Source: Heptranchias perlo (taxonomy: Eukaryota). From it: 64,000 bases of DNA. The position numbers and the translations under genes are program-made. The stretch's first letter is position 1. Each line of letters opens with the position of its first letter. The notes below the pieces were generated by a model, which was not told the origin of the DNA, did not search any database, and saw only the letters and a program-made list of their open reading frames with translations. The DNA lies in contig NC_090325.1 of the NCBI RefSeq assembly GCF_035084215.1, forward strand, positions 121,892,001 to 121,956,000. Direction: 5' to 3'. Shown one piece after another: positions 35,122-49,131 of this stretch.

Positions 35122-35996
35122 AAGGATATGTTGGCCTCGGAGGGAGTGCAGTGTAGATTTACTAGAATGATGCCTGGACTCCAGGGGTTAAATTATGAGG
35201 AGAGATTACACAAACTCGGGTTGTATTCCCTGGAGTTTAGAAGATTAAGGGGTGATTTGATCGAAGTTTTCAAGATATTGAGAGGAACTGATAGGGTAGA
35301 TAGAGAGAAATTATTTCTGCTGGTTGAGGAGTCTAGGACATGGGGATATAGTCTAAAAATTAGAGGCAGGAGTGAAGTTAGGAAACATTTCTATACGCAA
35401 AGGGTGGTAGAAGTTTGGAACTCTCTTCCGCAAACGACAGTTGATGCTAGCTCAATTGTTAATTTTAAATCTGAAATTGATAGATTTTTGTTAACCAACG
35501 ATATGAAAGAGATATAGGGCTAAGGTGGGTATATGGAGTTAGGTCACAAATCATTGAATGGCGGAACAGGCTCGAGGGGCTAAATGGCCTACTTCTGTTC
35601 CTGCGTTAAGGGGAGATTTAATAGAGGTGTTCAAAATCATGAAGTGTTTTGATAGAGTAAATAGGGAGAAACTGTTTCCAGTGATAGAATGATCAGTAAT
35701 CAGAGAACACAGATTTAAGATAATTGTCAAAAGAACCATAGGCGACATGAGGAAAAAATGTTTACACAGCGACTTGTTATGACCTGGAATGCACTGCCTG
35801 AAACGGTGGCGGAAGCAGATTCAACAGTAACTTTCAAAAGGAAATTGGAAAAATACTTGAAGTGGAAAAATTTGCAGGGCTATGGGGAAAGAGCAGGGGA
35901 ATGGGACTAATTGGATAGCTCTTTCAAAGACCCGGCACAGGCACGATGGGCTGAATGGCCTCCTTCTGTGCTGTATTATTCTATGATTCTTATTCT
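35122..35996 (+). mobile_element. Composite of two CR1 3' fragments
   Basis: ORF 35128-35517 is CR1 ORF2 C-terminus (VQCRFTRMMPGL..RRLRGDLIEVFKIL..WNSLP); a second fragment restarts at LRGDLIEVFKIM near 35605 and ends in a TATTCTATGATTCT tail; empty site at 18704 and 31530. Confidence 0.85.
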
Positions 35997-38228
35997 ATCC
36001 CCGGTGACTTCAAGCTCCCATTCAAATATCTGCTCCCATCCACCGGCCCTGATGTCAATCCCGCTGGTTTTGGGCAGGAGCCAATGCTGCACTATTCAAA
36101 TGAAGCCCAGGAACTAAAATGACTTGAGCATTGCGCTCATATCTCCGTGGGAGTTTCCCTCCTGCCCACACCCTGCCCAGGATGCCCTGAGTTAAAATCA
36201 CCCCCCGTAAGTGTTGGTTTCTCCAGAGTGAGCACTTGTCAGACGTCGTACTTTTATTGAAGTGAAGTATTGGATAACTGTAACGTAACCAAGTTCTATA
36301 AAACTCTTAATACATGTGTGTGGAGACAATGTCAGTTTAGAGATCTTTGTTCATCACCGACAGGATGTTGGTTGCCCCCCATTTAATGTGGCAATAACCA
36401 ATGAACTGATGAGGTTTAAGATCCAATCTTCCTGGGCCACCGTTGCTAAGGACGCCAAATCAATTCCTGGGACCTTCATTGAGCTGAAACTTTGTCATTG
36501 TTTTTTATATTTTCTAATTAGATTAGGATTGGTCCCGGTCATGTCACCGGGCAGATCTTTTCCTCTCTGCTGCCTGAATAATGCAGTCATGCGGTGTTAA
36601 CTGGGGTTGCTATTGAATTCTAACCAGGGGAAATATTATGGTGAATCGCCAAGTGGGAGGCAAGCATTTTGCAGACATTGGAGGCACTAATCGCCCTTAG
36701 GTGTATGATCCGCCTGAATCCTAAGTGCTAATAACACTCAATTTTGTGGCCTAGCCTCATTTGCATATTTATTCACAATTGCTATGGAAACCCAGGTGGG
36801 TCGAGGGATGAAACAACTGGGAGGAGAAGAAATGTGCATGCAAGTCAAATTGAAAGGGATGGAGGCAATTAAAGAGGAGTGTCACAAGATAGGAGACTAA
36901 GGCCCCGAATTTCCTGAAATTTGCACCAAAACAGCAGCAGAAGTGCAGCATAATGCAAATTTTCAGGGCGAAGAATTAAGGAAATTTGTGCCTAAGTGAC
37001 TTATGCCAGTTTTATGCTACGTCTCCGTTACCTTCATCTTTTGAATTGAATCAGCGAAACCTCTACCGATTCCCTCTGCCGTTCATTAAAGCAGCGCAGG
37101 ACGCCATCTTGGTAAAGGGCGTATTGAACACTGGCAGTATGCTCCTGGCATTTACCTCCTCCACTTTTCCTCCACTTTTCCCTCCAACATATGGCTGGAG
37201 GGCCTCCTGGCCCCCTGTGGATACAGGATGAACCTCCTTCTCTCCATCTCTTGCAACAAGGCCTGCAGTGCATCATCAGAGAACCTTGGTGCACACTCCC
37301 TCCCAGATGCAGCCTTCCTTCAAAGTATCGGAGCACAGATTCAATTTTGAAACGACTCCCACCACTTCTTGCAGCCACAATGTACCTCCCCTTTAAGAGG
37401 TGCAGGCTGCCTTCAAGAAGCGCGAGCAACTCGCGATATCGGGACTCCCTGCTGATGCGTGCAGCCAATCAACAGTGCAATTAGCGCTGGCTGCACGCAG
37501 CAGTCATTTAAAACAGCAGGCAGCGTTAATGTAACCTTTTCAGGGGATTATCCAATTTAACCCTCGCCATGCCTAATGTACATAAATCGTCGTCTGATGG
37601 CTTCACATTTTAATTTCGATACATAAAGTGGGGCTTCAATAAAAACATGGAGTAACTTCTGCACTGTCCTCAGGCCCCATTAGTTTAAGTTGATTTCCAT
37701 TTGGTTTACGCTGGTTTTTACGTTCCTGAGATTATCACAAATTTTTGGCGTACATTTCTATATAGAAGTTGTTAAAACAAATCAAAGCATCTTACAGCAC
37801 AGAACGATGCCATTCGGCCCATCATGCCTGTGCTGGATCTTTGAAAGAGCTATCCAATTAGTCCCACTCCCCTGCTCTTTCCCCATAGCTTGCAAATGTT
37901 TCCTTTTCAAGTATTTATGAAGTATGGTTATCATAAAAGGGACAAGACTACATTGTGTTAAATCAAAACTGGAAAAATAGAACGATGCCCTCTCTTGTGC
38001 ATATTCTTTTCATTTATTCATTTTTTGTCATTTGCCTATTTATTGCTGAGCCAGGCAAACGTACGATACAAATATACAAACAGGTCAGGGAGCAGCAGAA
38101 CATGTGATAAAATGTATTGCTTTTATTACATCCATTTCTCTTTCAACAGTAATCGAATGAATAAAATCCGATGCTACTAATGGAGTCTTAAAACAAATTA
38201 CCAGTGATAAGTAGATGGGAGCAAAGCC

Positions 38229-38452
38229 AAACATTGACCCAAAGAGTTACTTGGTGTATAAAACAATCTGATTTCTTGGAATTCACACGGGTTCACCAAC
38301 ACAGGCTGCTGTTTGAATGAAGTCTAACTCTGGAACTTCCTTAACCACTGAACAAACCCCAGGGGGTGGAGTCACCACAGCTACACACTCAACATTTTCC
38401 AAATCTGGAAACTGAAACTTGAACCAGCTCCAGATATCCCTGAAGCTCTTAC
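38229..38452. promoter_or_regulatory. Candidate IFN-responsive enhancer, copy 4
   Basis: GAS 38273-38281, ISRE 38407-38419. Confidence 0.55.
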
Positions 38453-41400
38453 GACATCACCAATGTACTAATGGACAGTGACTGTGATCGACATTTGTTG
38501 AGGGAAAAAGTGATATCAGCACAAGTTTTCTTACATTATAGAATCACAGAATCTTACGTGCAGAAGGAGGCCATTCAGCCCATTGAAAGAGCTATCCAAT
38601 TAGTCAAACTTTCCCGCTTATTCCCATAGCCCTGTAAATTTTCCTTTCCATGTATATATCCAATTCCCATCACTCGCAGATTACTTGTGTGGTTGCTCTG
38701 GTTAGCGAGGGAGGGGGGATAGGCCTCGAGGTCTGAAAAGATTGGTGAGGGGTTAACAAGTGTTTGGTATCATTGAGATTGTGGAATATGGGGTCTGGTT
38801 TAGCACATGATTCCTGGATCTCAATGTTAACCCCCACATGATGGGTGGGAGAGAGTCGGAGTGGGGGGGTTAAAAAATTAAAACGGGGACTGCGTCCGGA
38901 AACCATCGCGTCCGTGCCCAGTGCCATTTTTACAGCGGGGGTTAGAGTGACATGAGAGTCTCCCACCCTCGAGGGATGGGACATTTTATTAACATATTTA
39001 AATCAGGCTCCCCCGGTCCCTCAAAGAAGCCTTCGGCCTCCCCACTGCTTAACGCGGCCTCTCTCTACCCTCTACTACGACCACCCCCACAAAAGCTCCG
39101 TACTCTCACTCCCTCCCTCCCGATGACTGCTCTCTTCCACCCCCCCCACAAGCCCCGTTCTGTAGCTCCCTCTATCCCGATTGCCACGGAGAGCCCCGAA
39201 GTTTCCTCTTCTGCCTCCTCCTGCCACTGGTTTTCCCGTCCAGCCAGCCTGTCAATTTGGCAGAAAATGGAAGGAAAACATTTGAATGAGGTGCTGCCGT
39301 TAAATTCGGCAGGACGTCCGCGTCCCCGGCCTTGCCAGGTTTTCCCCACTACCGCAGCCCCCTGCAGACTCCCTGCCGCCCTGTAGATTTCAGGCCCCTG
39401 GGAGGCAATTTTAACTCCCAAAAACAGGTGGGTTGGGGGTGGGTGGGCAGTAAAAATAGTTTGTTTTTGGAGTGGGACTGCATCCAGACTCAAATGCGCT
39501 CACTTCCGGGTTTAATCAATGGGTGTTTCGATAACAGAAACCTGGAAATCCGGTCCCCATTTAAAGCCGACGGGCCAATGTTGAAATGGGCAATGCGCCT
39601 CATTGCAATAGTTGAGGCACTTAATTTTTTGTGTATTAGAAATGTCAAAGGAATTTTACCTTACCGTTCGGTTTTCCCATCGCTTCTGATTCACGTCAGG
39701 TGAAAGCAGGCGGGAGGGACTGGATCCATGAGGTGAGTCCCTTTATTGCACTGCTTGTGGGCCCGGAGGTGCTTCATCCAGGCTCAACAGGCCCACTTGG
39801 CGTAATCGGACCCACCCGATCAGCCGACCCCTGCACCTCCCCATGGTGGACCCCCCGATGCTAAACCCCAACCCCCTGCTGCTGGACCCCCTCCGATCTC
39901 CGATCTTCTCCAAGGCCTACCCGATGTTGTCCACGTGCCCCCACCTCTCCCCACCCACCAATTTCTTCCACGGCGCATGATCGCTCTCTCCTTCTCTCCC
40001 CCTTCTCCGATTTGCGACTCCTTTCCCTCCTGACAGACAACCATCCTGTCAATCTGGCTGACTGATGTGTGGGAAACCCGGAAGCACAAATACCTACCTT
40101 CAATTGAGTTGTGATCGGATATCGTGATGCACTCACTTGACTTCTGGGTGCCCCATGTAAATATCTACGCACACACTGGGTTCCCAGTCCGAGCTTAAAT
40201 CATGCCCCACACGTAGTAACACTGAGATGGAGATCCTGATGTCTGATGAAAAGAGACAGCCTGACAGCTCGGGCAAGATAGGAGACAGCACTTCAGGCAG
40301 GTATGGGTGTAGGACAGGAAGATCACTGGAGGGGGAAGTGCTGTAATCATTGAAATGAATTTAAAGGAGCTTGGTACGATTATTGCACGTAATATCATGT
40401 TATTTTTAATTAATATGAAATGATATTTAAGTTAAACCTAAAGATGCTGGAACTGGTGGTTGGAGTTGTTGACAGCAGGGTCACTCTGAGTTGGGAGATT
40501 CAAGTCAGGAATTAGGAGAACTGGGGGGGGTGGTGTCATGTGAGAAGAAAGAGACAATCAGATAAATAAAGGAATTGGGTTAAAGGTAGTGGAGCCAAGA
40601 TTTGTGGGGTGGGAGAGTGATGAACTGGAATAGATCACCCGCAAGAGGCCAGGAATCTGGGGCAGAGCCTGGATCCAACAGATTTAAGAAGTGGCCCATG
40701 GATTGATTGGGGTGGGCTGTGGGTAAGTCTTACGTTGCGTGACCCGTGCCCGCAGTCAGCATTGAGGACATGTCAGGTGGTGTTCCCAGTCTGTGCTGTG
40801 AATTCCACTCAGCATTGCTTCGTTCAGCTCAGTAGAAGCCACGTCTGTTGAGATTAGACATTGGCTCCATTCTGGGCCTGGTGAATTCTCCAGACAACTC
40901 AAGAATTAAAGGTAATCGATCCCAGAGGGGATGGATATCCTCACACTGGTGGACTTTATCTTCCTGTGGAAAAGTTATTTTTAATTTTAATCTTGCACCT
41001 TTGGCTCTGTGAGGACCTCTGCCTCCCCCATCCCCATTGGAATGGCAGGGTGCAGCTCCAATTTTATGGCTCATCCTTGGGGTGGGTACCTCTGCAGCAC
41101 TGAAATAGGTCAGGCAGCCTGCTTCATTCACTAAAAGGGATCCAGCCCTGTGATTTAGGACCGGGCCAACATCCTCACCCGTTGTCAAATAGGATCCTGC
41201 TCTGCTGCACTTCCAGTGGTGGAGCCAGGACCCTGGATTTTCAGGTCAGTAAGTTTCATCATGATCGAAAAGCATTTCTGATAGGTGTGACCACCCACAC
41301 TCGCTCCCAGTGAGGATCCTGTCATTGATCAATTGGAATACTCAATCTTTCATCCATTTTTATATATAATGTTGAATACTCTGACCGAAAACGCATTGCA

Positions 41401-42904
41401 GATGAAAATTCATCACATCAAACATCCACAAATATATCTGCACCATTACAGCTTTTCACAATCAGAACATGCACTTTTTAAATGAGCAAAGATGTATCTC
41501 AGCTGTGCACCTCATGTTATCAAGTTCGAGGATGGCTCATTTCCTGTAGTTCACAAGTTTCAGCTGAGCGATGTGTTTCCTTTTTATTATAACCCAAGGA
41601 TCAGTTCCAAGTCTGTAAGTTGACCTCGTCCCGTGGGTCAAATACAAAATGTGGAACTGGAATATTCTGCAGTCAATCTGAAACTGTTCACCTGGGGAAA
41701 AACAGCTAATGTACGATTAATCATACCTTGTGATATGTGGATCTCTGCAAAGTCTCAACCGCATTTTAACTTTGTGTCAATCATGGCTGTTTAATCAAAA
41801 AACAATTGAGAAAATATCCACTAACTAAAGAATATTCAGGGATGAGAAAAGGTCACTTTGCCCATTGAGCTCATCACTGGTATTTATTAACTCACTCAAC
41901 CTAAAATCCCACAGCATCTGGAACTTGTCTAAAGTCTCTGATTTCATTACCCTGCCTGGCACATTATTTGAAATGTTTATCACCTTTTGAGTGAAAGATT
42001 TTTTTCAAAAATGTTTCAATGTACTTTTTACTATTTTAAACATATGTTCTCCTATTCAGCCGTCCTGACTGACCTTCCAGCAATATTGTGGGCTTACCTT
42101 ATTTATGCTATTTGAAAGCATATAAGCAGTAGCGAGATCTCCCATTCACCAAAGTTTTGGCTTTATGAGCTGTGATTGTATATTAAAAATAGAATGATAG
42201 AATATGCAAATGACTGCTGTCAAATTTTGAAAAATGTCAGCAGATATTATAATAAATGATCAAGATTCTCTTCTGTTGTTAAATATATGAACCTCCTTTT
42301 GTATCTTCAGAACTACATACATTGGAAAGAATTACAAGGAATGGGTATGGAACAAATTTCAATACCCATTGACGTAGTGTTCACTAATATACCACTAGTC
42401 CCTGTATAATATAATACAGCCCTTACTGCAATAACAACTGAAGTAATACTCTTTCATTTACAACAGCTCCTGATGGAGCATGTAGGGACAATGAGACTCT
42501 AACATCGGAAATATACACAGTAAAATGTTCTCTCCATCGCTTGCATGTCTCGATCGAAACTCCCTCATGTGAACAACCTTAGTTGTCACATTCCCATACT
42601 TCATGACACCTGATGCCTATTCTCTCTAATGTTGAAATAAAGGAATATAAAACACCTTGCACGCTTTTAACTATGACCCACATACAATTTGATAAATCGA
42701 GTCCAGGGTACATTACTGAATGGCATTCAGATCTGTGTTGAATTGTAGAATTACTCAGCACAAACATCTCTAGTAATGACAGAGTTTGCATAAAAAGCAG
42801 GTGTTCGTATGGAGACTTCAAGTAGATTATGAGTCACGAGGCCTACTTGCCTGTTCCAGTGGTTCGGGTGGATGATAATGTTTCCATGATACTAATCACA
42901 GATG

Positions 42905-43005
42905 AGGAGCGAGTTCTCCTCCTGTTCTGGCCAACATTTCTCTTCAGCCAACACCACCAAAAATAGGGTAAATTGTCACGATAAGGTGCTATTTAAATGC
43001 AATTG
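42905..43005 (+). mobile_element. Deu-domain SINE-like fragment (also near 61761-61861)
   Basis: GAGTTCTCCTCCTGTTCTGGCCAACATTTCTCTTCAGCCAACACCACC resembles, from memory, the DeuSINE core; followed by an L2-type GTGCTATTTAAATGCAA tail. Confidence 0.4.
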
Positions 43006-45145
43006 TTTTTTCTTAAGATTCTACTAAGATAAAGAGCTATCAGAAGTTTAAACTTATTTATTAATGCACAAATTCAAAATTTCTTTGACAACTCTACCAG
43101 GGAATGAGCCATCCAAGTAACATTACTGGTGCATTCTCCAACTGGAATCAACTGCATTTAGCTTTGAAATGTACCCCTTGGTTCCGGCCTGACTGCACCA
43201 TATTGTATGTTTGGCATCGTCCTGCACTGAGAAATATTTCACAGAATTCAATTAATCAGCCATGTCTCATAAATCTACTGTAATTCTTTGTGGAAGTAAC
43301 CAAATCAGTGGTTGAGTCCTTTTTGAATGGTCTCGAAAGGGTTAATTCTCTGATTGGGTGCTCCCGGTGAGGAATGGTACTTGCAGGGTGCAATGGTGGG
43401 AAATCATGGCCAAGGAATGGGATCGCATTGCATCCATTTTGCGGGGTCCATCATGGCGGGAAGCTTGTGCGTGCTCATTTCACGATGGAAGTGCACTGCC
43501 CACCATATTGGTAATGGCTCCTCCATCAGCGTCCAGGGTGCTCGCCAGAAATAGACGTCAGTCTCTTTGCATGTACAAATCGGGGTGGGGGGTGAGTTAG
43601 TGCATGTGTAAGGCACCTTGCCAAAATTGGATTGTGCATGATCACAACATCTGCCATGCCTGCTGCGGTCAGTTTCTTCTGTCACTTGGCTGCGAAACCA
43701 GTGATCCAATGGAGGCTGCTACCAGAAAGGTAAGTTTTCATTTGTTTACTTACCTTATTGTGGAGCCGGCTGCTGCCAGGCACAGCTCACAGCACCTCCA
43801 CCCCCCCTGCCCACCATCCCCCCTCCCTGGACTGTTCTTACGACCACAGATGGTGTCTGAGCCGGCCGATCTTTGTGCCTCCTGGAAACGGCGAGCTGAC
43901 TCCAGGGCCGCGACTGGTGCCTTCAGCTGGCCGGGAATAAACAAATGAAACCGGTGGACCAATTTCCCATGGGAGCTGCCACTTTCTTCTTTTGGCACGT
44001 GTAGCGTGCGGTGCACCAAATCTTGCTCAGAATTGGGCGCAATCCGATTTCTAGGTCCCTGAGCCAATAGTGTATTCTTCCATTTGATCAAATCCACAAT
44101 GCCTCTCTTCGGGAGACCGAGTTCAAAGCTTCTTCCCTTAAACCTCATCATTTTGAATGAAATTATAATCACCTCCAATCTCCCATTAAGTGACTGCAAT
44201 GTGGTGACTTCTGTACATTTTGATGTGGGGAAGTCGCGATCTAACCACATTCTGCACTGTATCTATTGGGTACATTTTCAGACACTGGGGGGTAATTTTA
44301 ACCCACAAGAATGGGTGGGTTGGGGGCTGGTGCGCAGTAAAAATAGTTGATTTTTGTAGCGGGACCACATCCCGGCTCCAACAGTCCCTCTTTCGGGTTT
44401 AACGCAGGTGCATTTCGATAACAGAAACCCAAAAATCCCGTCCCCACTTAAAGTTGGCGGGATGATATTTAAAGGGGCAATGTACCTCATTGTGATAGTT
44501 GAGGCACTTAATTCTTTGTGTATTAGAAACATCAAGTAAATGTAACCATTCCTGTTCATGTTTCCCATCACTTATGACCCACGTCAGGTGAAAGCAGGTG
44601 AGTAGGAGCAGATCCATGAGATGAGTGCCTTTATTGCACTGTCAGCAGGCCAGGAGGAGCAGGAGTTCTTCATCCAGACCCCAAGCTCACCAGGCATGAT
44701 CGAACCCCCGCCATCGGCCGACCACTCCCCCCGATGCTGGACTGCCCCTGATGCTGGACCCCTTCACACCCCGGATGCTAAACCCCCACATAATGCTGGA
44801 TCCCCCACCCCGATGGTCTCGAAGGCCAACCCGATTTCTTCCATGGCCCACGATTTATCTCTCCCCCCTCTCCAACTCACAGCTCCATTCCCTTCCGACA
44901 GGCAGCCAACCTGTCAATCTGGCTGCCTGGTGCACACATACTTACCTTCAATTGAGTTGCGATTACAGTTTGCGATGCACTCACTTGACCTCTGGTTTCC
45001 CTGCACGAATATCTAAGGACACACTGGGTTCCTGGACCCGAGCTAAAATCATGCCCTTGCTCTCCTGGTGCTGAATCTCACGCGAGGATTTCCAGATCAG
45101 AAAATCTGATGCAAAGATGATTGTGCATCTTATGTGGCACTCCCA

Positions 45146-45295
45146 ATCTTCAAGGTATTAAAATGATCCATATATCAATGATCACTAGTCAAGAACAGTT
45201 GCCAATAGAATAGAAATTATGATAATTTCTAGTCTATTGGTTACTGACCTTGACGAGTGATCATTGATATAGAGATAAATTAATCACTTGAAGAT
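45146..45295. repeat. 150-bp imperfect palindrome (duplicate)
   Basis: Copy of 26298-26447 with two substitutions. Confidence 0.85.
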
Positions 45296-46275
45296 CGTTT
45301 GAAGAAGAAGGCTCACCACCACCTTCTCAGGACGACTAGGGGTGGGCAATAAATGCCAGCCTTCTAGCGATGCCCATATCCTGAGAATGAATCATTTAAA
45401 ATAAAGACTAGAAATCACCATCAATCACATCATGCTGTGGACACTTAATGAGCATTTATCAAATTCTTCTGTCTGGTACCAAACTTGCAAGAAAACATCT
45501 CTGTACGTGCAATAACACTGAAGATATTTCTATTCCTGAGTTCGAGCTGCTGCATCATCAGGCTGAAAATTCATTGCAAGTGGCAAGTGTAATTTACTTT
45601 AGAACTACATTTACATCATTGCAGCTCTTTCGAAACTTGGGACATTAAAGTCTAAAGAGTCACGGCATGATGTTCAGCCAGTGAAAGAGAGAGTTATTTC
45701 TTCTAAATCACAAGCTTTAGCTCCATTGTCTGGTCGGGTTTTCTCTAATTATAGTGAGAAAGATCAGTGTTAAAAATGCATCGAGGAGTTCCCCAGTGGG
45801 TCAGGTGTAAGACCTGGAACTGGATTATTCTGCAGCTTATCTGAGGCTACTTGCTTGGGGAACAACATTAAACAAATTATGTGGCACGATCTTGTCAGTG
45901 TTTAATTGTCTGTCATTTACGGTTGTGTAAAAACAAAAGGAAGATTTTATCAACAACACTCCATAAGGAATTGACCACATGATCTTTGACATAAAAAATC
46001 GAAAAATTCAATTTCAGAGGGGGCACAAAATGGGCAGTAGCAGATCAGCCATCAATGGAAATTAAATGGAAAGAAACATTCAGCAGGATATGTAACGGGT
46101 GACTGACCTGCAACCACCCTTTTCGTGCCCTTGCCTCAGTTGAATATTATCCCCATTTTTCTAAAAATTGCAGTTAATTCTTTAAAATGAACACATAATT
46201 CACCACCTATAGCAACAGATTATCTGCCTTTTGCCATTGTAAACTATGTAAAAGTTATGAATATATTTAACACTG

Positions 46276-46398
46276 CAGAAGTGAAAGAACCTCTGACTCA
46301 GGAGCTGGGAAATTCCCTTCCACAGGAGCTTCCTATGTTTGACAATTTTTACTGCTCGAGATTATGCAAATTGAGAGTAGAGGATCTCAATAAATGGG
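46276..46398 (+). promoter_or_regulatory. Proximal promoter of copy 3 (same motifs as copy 2)
   Basis: Duplicate of 27428-27550 at offset 18848: AAGTGAAAG, TGACTCA, GGGAAATTCCC, ATGCAAAT, AATAAAT. Confidence 0.7.
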
Positions 46399-46504
46399 AG
46401 CTCATTGGACGTCTCTTCAACAGAACTTCATTCAGCAGAGAGAGAGTCACTGAGGTGGACAGAAGATCCTTCAGCAGAAATCCATTCAGCAACTCAAAGT
46501 CAAG

Positions 46505-48395
46505 ATGAACAGAGCAGCTACTGTGACGATTCTCATCCTGATTCTGTGTGCCATTACTGCACAGGGTATGTTGTCCTTTGTAATCTTGTGTTTTATTTCT
46601 CATTTCACTGTAATTACATAGAATTATGTAAAATAGTACAATTCTAAAGGGGGTGCAGGAACAGAGAGACCTGGGGGGTATTCAGTAATTATAAACCCTT
46701 TAACCCAGCACTTTATGTTGACAAAAGATTTTCTTGCACATTTTTATAAAAAATGTATGACAGTCATCTCCAGGTTAATGTAATCAGCATGATTAGTTTG
46801 GACAGATAAATAATATTTCCTTGTGGACCATATGTTGAAAAGATTAAAATATCTCAACTCTGATACAAAGTGCCAGGATTCTCTCCACCTCAATCGATAA
46901 TTAAATCTAAGTTAAATGGATCTTTTCACAGGTATTCCAATTCCAGGAACCCTAGGTCGTTGCCTGTGCACTCAGAACAGCTCCAATTTTATCAATCCAC
47001 GGCTCATCCGGAGTTTGAAATATATTCCCAAAGGATCCCACTGTGAGACACCAGAGATAATGTGAGTAAATGTGTCAGAACATCACCATTAACATTTCTC
47101 CTTCTGTGACGTCCATTTAATAAACTGTGCTCTTTATTCAAAATATGTTGGATCAATCACAGTTTGTTTATGAGGCACATTCGAAGGATTTTCTTTTAAT
47201 ACTTTTGCTAATTTCTCACCTTTCAGTGGGAGACATCCAATTTCTGTGGATTAGATTTTAAAGGTTTACCTTCTCTTCACAGTGTCACCAAAAGAAATGG
47301 GAATAAATTATGTGTGAGTCCTGATGCCGAGTGGGTGAAGATTATCATTAAAGCCAAGAAAGGTTGGTGTTTGGCAGAATTAAGACTTTGCGTCTGAATA
47401 AAAGCAGATACAGTGAATTGTTTTTTTAAACCATGTTTGCCCCTCTCCTCCTCGGTTGAAGGCGTTGACTCCTCTCTGCTCTGCATTCCCACAGGCTTTT
47501 GATGCCCCTGGTACTTTATCCAAGTGCTCATCATTTATGTGTGAGCCTTGACAGTGAATGTTAGCAAGCTATTCAACCACAGTTGGCATCAGGGCTGAGC
47601 CTTACGCTAATCTCACCCAACATCCAAATATGGTACATCCGGGGAGGGGGGTCACTGGATAGCAATCAGGTGAAGGAATGCTGGGTGATTTTATGCTCTC
47701 TCTCCCAACAATGCTGAGACCAATTGTCGTACCTTTAGGACCCAGCTGAGATCAACCAATTAAGCACAGAACAGTGTCCTTAAGAATAAAATATTTAATA
47801 TATATCTTCACTTTCATTTCCTTTTCCTGCTGCCTTCCTTCCTTTATGTTACGCTCCACAATTTTCTGTTCTGCTGTTTGAAAACTGTAAACTACTTTTT
47901 GCGTCATGTTTTAACTTTTTATTATCCGTTCTATTTTACTCTTTAATGTAATGTGTTCCTGCAGACTCCCATCAGAACGAGGATTTAAATCCATTTATTT
48001 TTTCAAGTTATACAGAAAAGTTGTTTGTGAAAATCTCGACCATCTATTCTCACAGTTTTGTGTCATCCACCTTTGTCAGAACTCAGGATTTTGTTCAGCA
48101 TTTACTGCCTTTGCATTATTCCGCAAATTTGCTTGATTCACCAGGATGGAAGGAAGAGAAATAATTTTTCTCTCTGGTCCCATGCATCCTGCATGTTGAA
48201 CCATATTGCAAAATCAATGACTTGGGAATAAAATCATCAGTGTTAGCAATGCTGCTCATCTTGTGTAAAAGGCTGATTAATAATGCTCCATAATTATATT
48301 GCTGAAGATATTGTGCACTATATTAAAGTAAATATCTGTAGTTCGTGGTTAAAAGTAACTTTTATTTTATTTCAGGTGCCAGACGACACAACTGA
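46505..48395 (+). CDS. CXC chemokine copy 3 (non-ELR), 4 coding exons, 96 aa
   Basis: Exons 46505-46565, 46932-47061, 47283-47362, 48376-48395. MNRAATVTILILILCAITAQG-IPIPGTLGRCLCTQNSSNFINPRLIRSLKYIPKGSHCETPEIIVTKRNGNKLCVSPDAEWVKIIIKAKKGARRHN. Confidence 0.95.
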
Positions 48396-48882
48396 GAAAT
48401 GAAGCCGCAATGGGATGGACTCGACTCCACACCTGGTTAACCTAAAGTACAATGAACGTTGAAATGAAGGAAGCTTTGTCCAGGGTGTTAATGCTCTGAT
48501 ATCACCTTCCGATAGCTTGTTCAAGTATTTTCCCTTCAGTGTTTTCTGAAAATGATGTCGCTGTTCAACCCTGTCACATTGTAAGCCTGGATATTAACTT
48601 GGAGCCGGGAAGAGAGTGGGGGGATGCTTATCGGACGGGAAACCTGGAAATGAAGTTGGCGGGTCGGAATCTGCGATCCCAACTTAGTTGAAGGATAAAA
48701 ATGTTACTTCTGTATATTGTGCCCAGTTGCCATCCAGATTGACAGGTTGACTGGATGTCAGCCAGGGAGAGATCAGAGTCTTCGGTGTTTGCATGGTGGC
48801 GGCGGAGGGGGGCGGTCGGGGAGAGATCGGGATCCTTGGGGGCATGATGGGGAATGGGGGATGGGAGGAAGGTGAGCAGTCA

Positions 48883-49131
48883 GCCATTGCTGGGGAGGTA
48901 AGAAGTAGGCCATCGCTGGGGAGGTAAGAAGTAGGCCATCGCTGGGGAGGTAAGAAGTAGGCCATCGCTGGGGAGGTAAGAAGTAGGCCATCGCTGGGGA
49001 GGTAAGAAGTAGGCCATCGCTGGGGAGGTAAGAAGTAGGCCATCGCTGGGGAGGTAAGAAGTAGGCCATCGTTGTGGAGGTAAGAAGTAGGCCATCGTTG
49101 TGGAGGTAAGAAGTAGGCCATCGCTGGGGAG
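48883..49131 (+). repeat. 26-bp minisatellite x about 9.6 (duplicate)
   Basis: Same unit number and variant order as 30025-30273. Confidence 0.95.

Larger units (their letters stand above)
30440..38489 (+). repeat. Internal tandem duplication (3583 bp + about 4467 bp) within unit 2
   Basis: 30440-34022 repeats at 34023-38489; junction GACTGTGATCAATAAAGG at 34023; the second copy carries an extra CR1 insertion. Confidence 0.92.
25669..44524 (+). repeat. Tandem segmental duplication unit 2 (about 18.86 kb) containing chemokine copy 2
   Basis: Sequence and ORF track repeat at offset 18847-18858 (29826/48684, 35128/53986, 40829/59686, 43354/62210). Confidence 0.95.
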
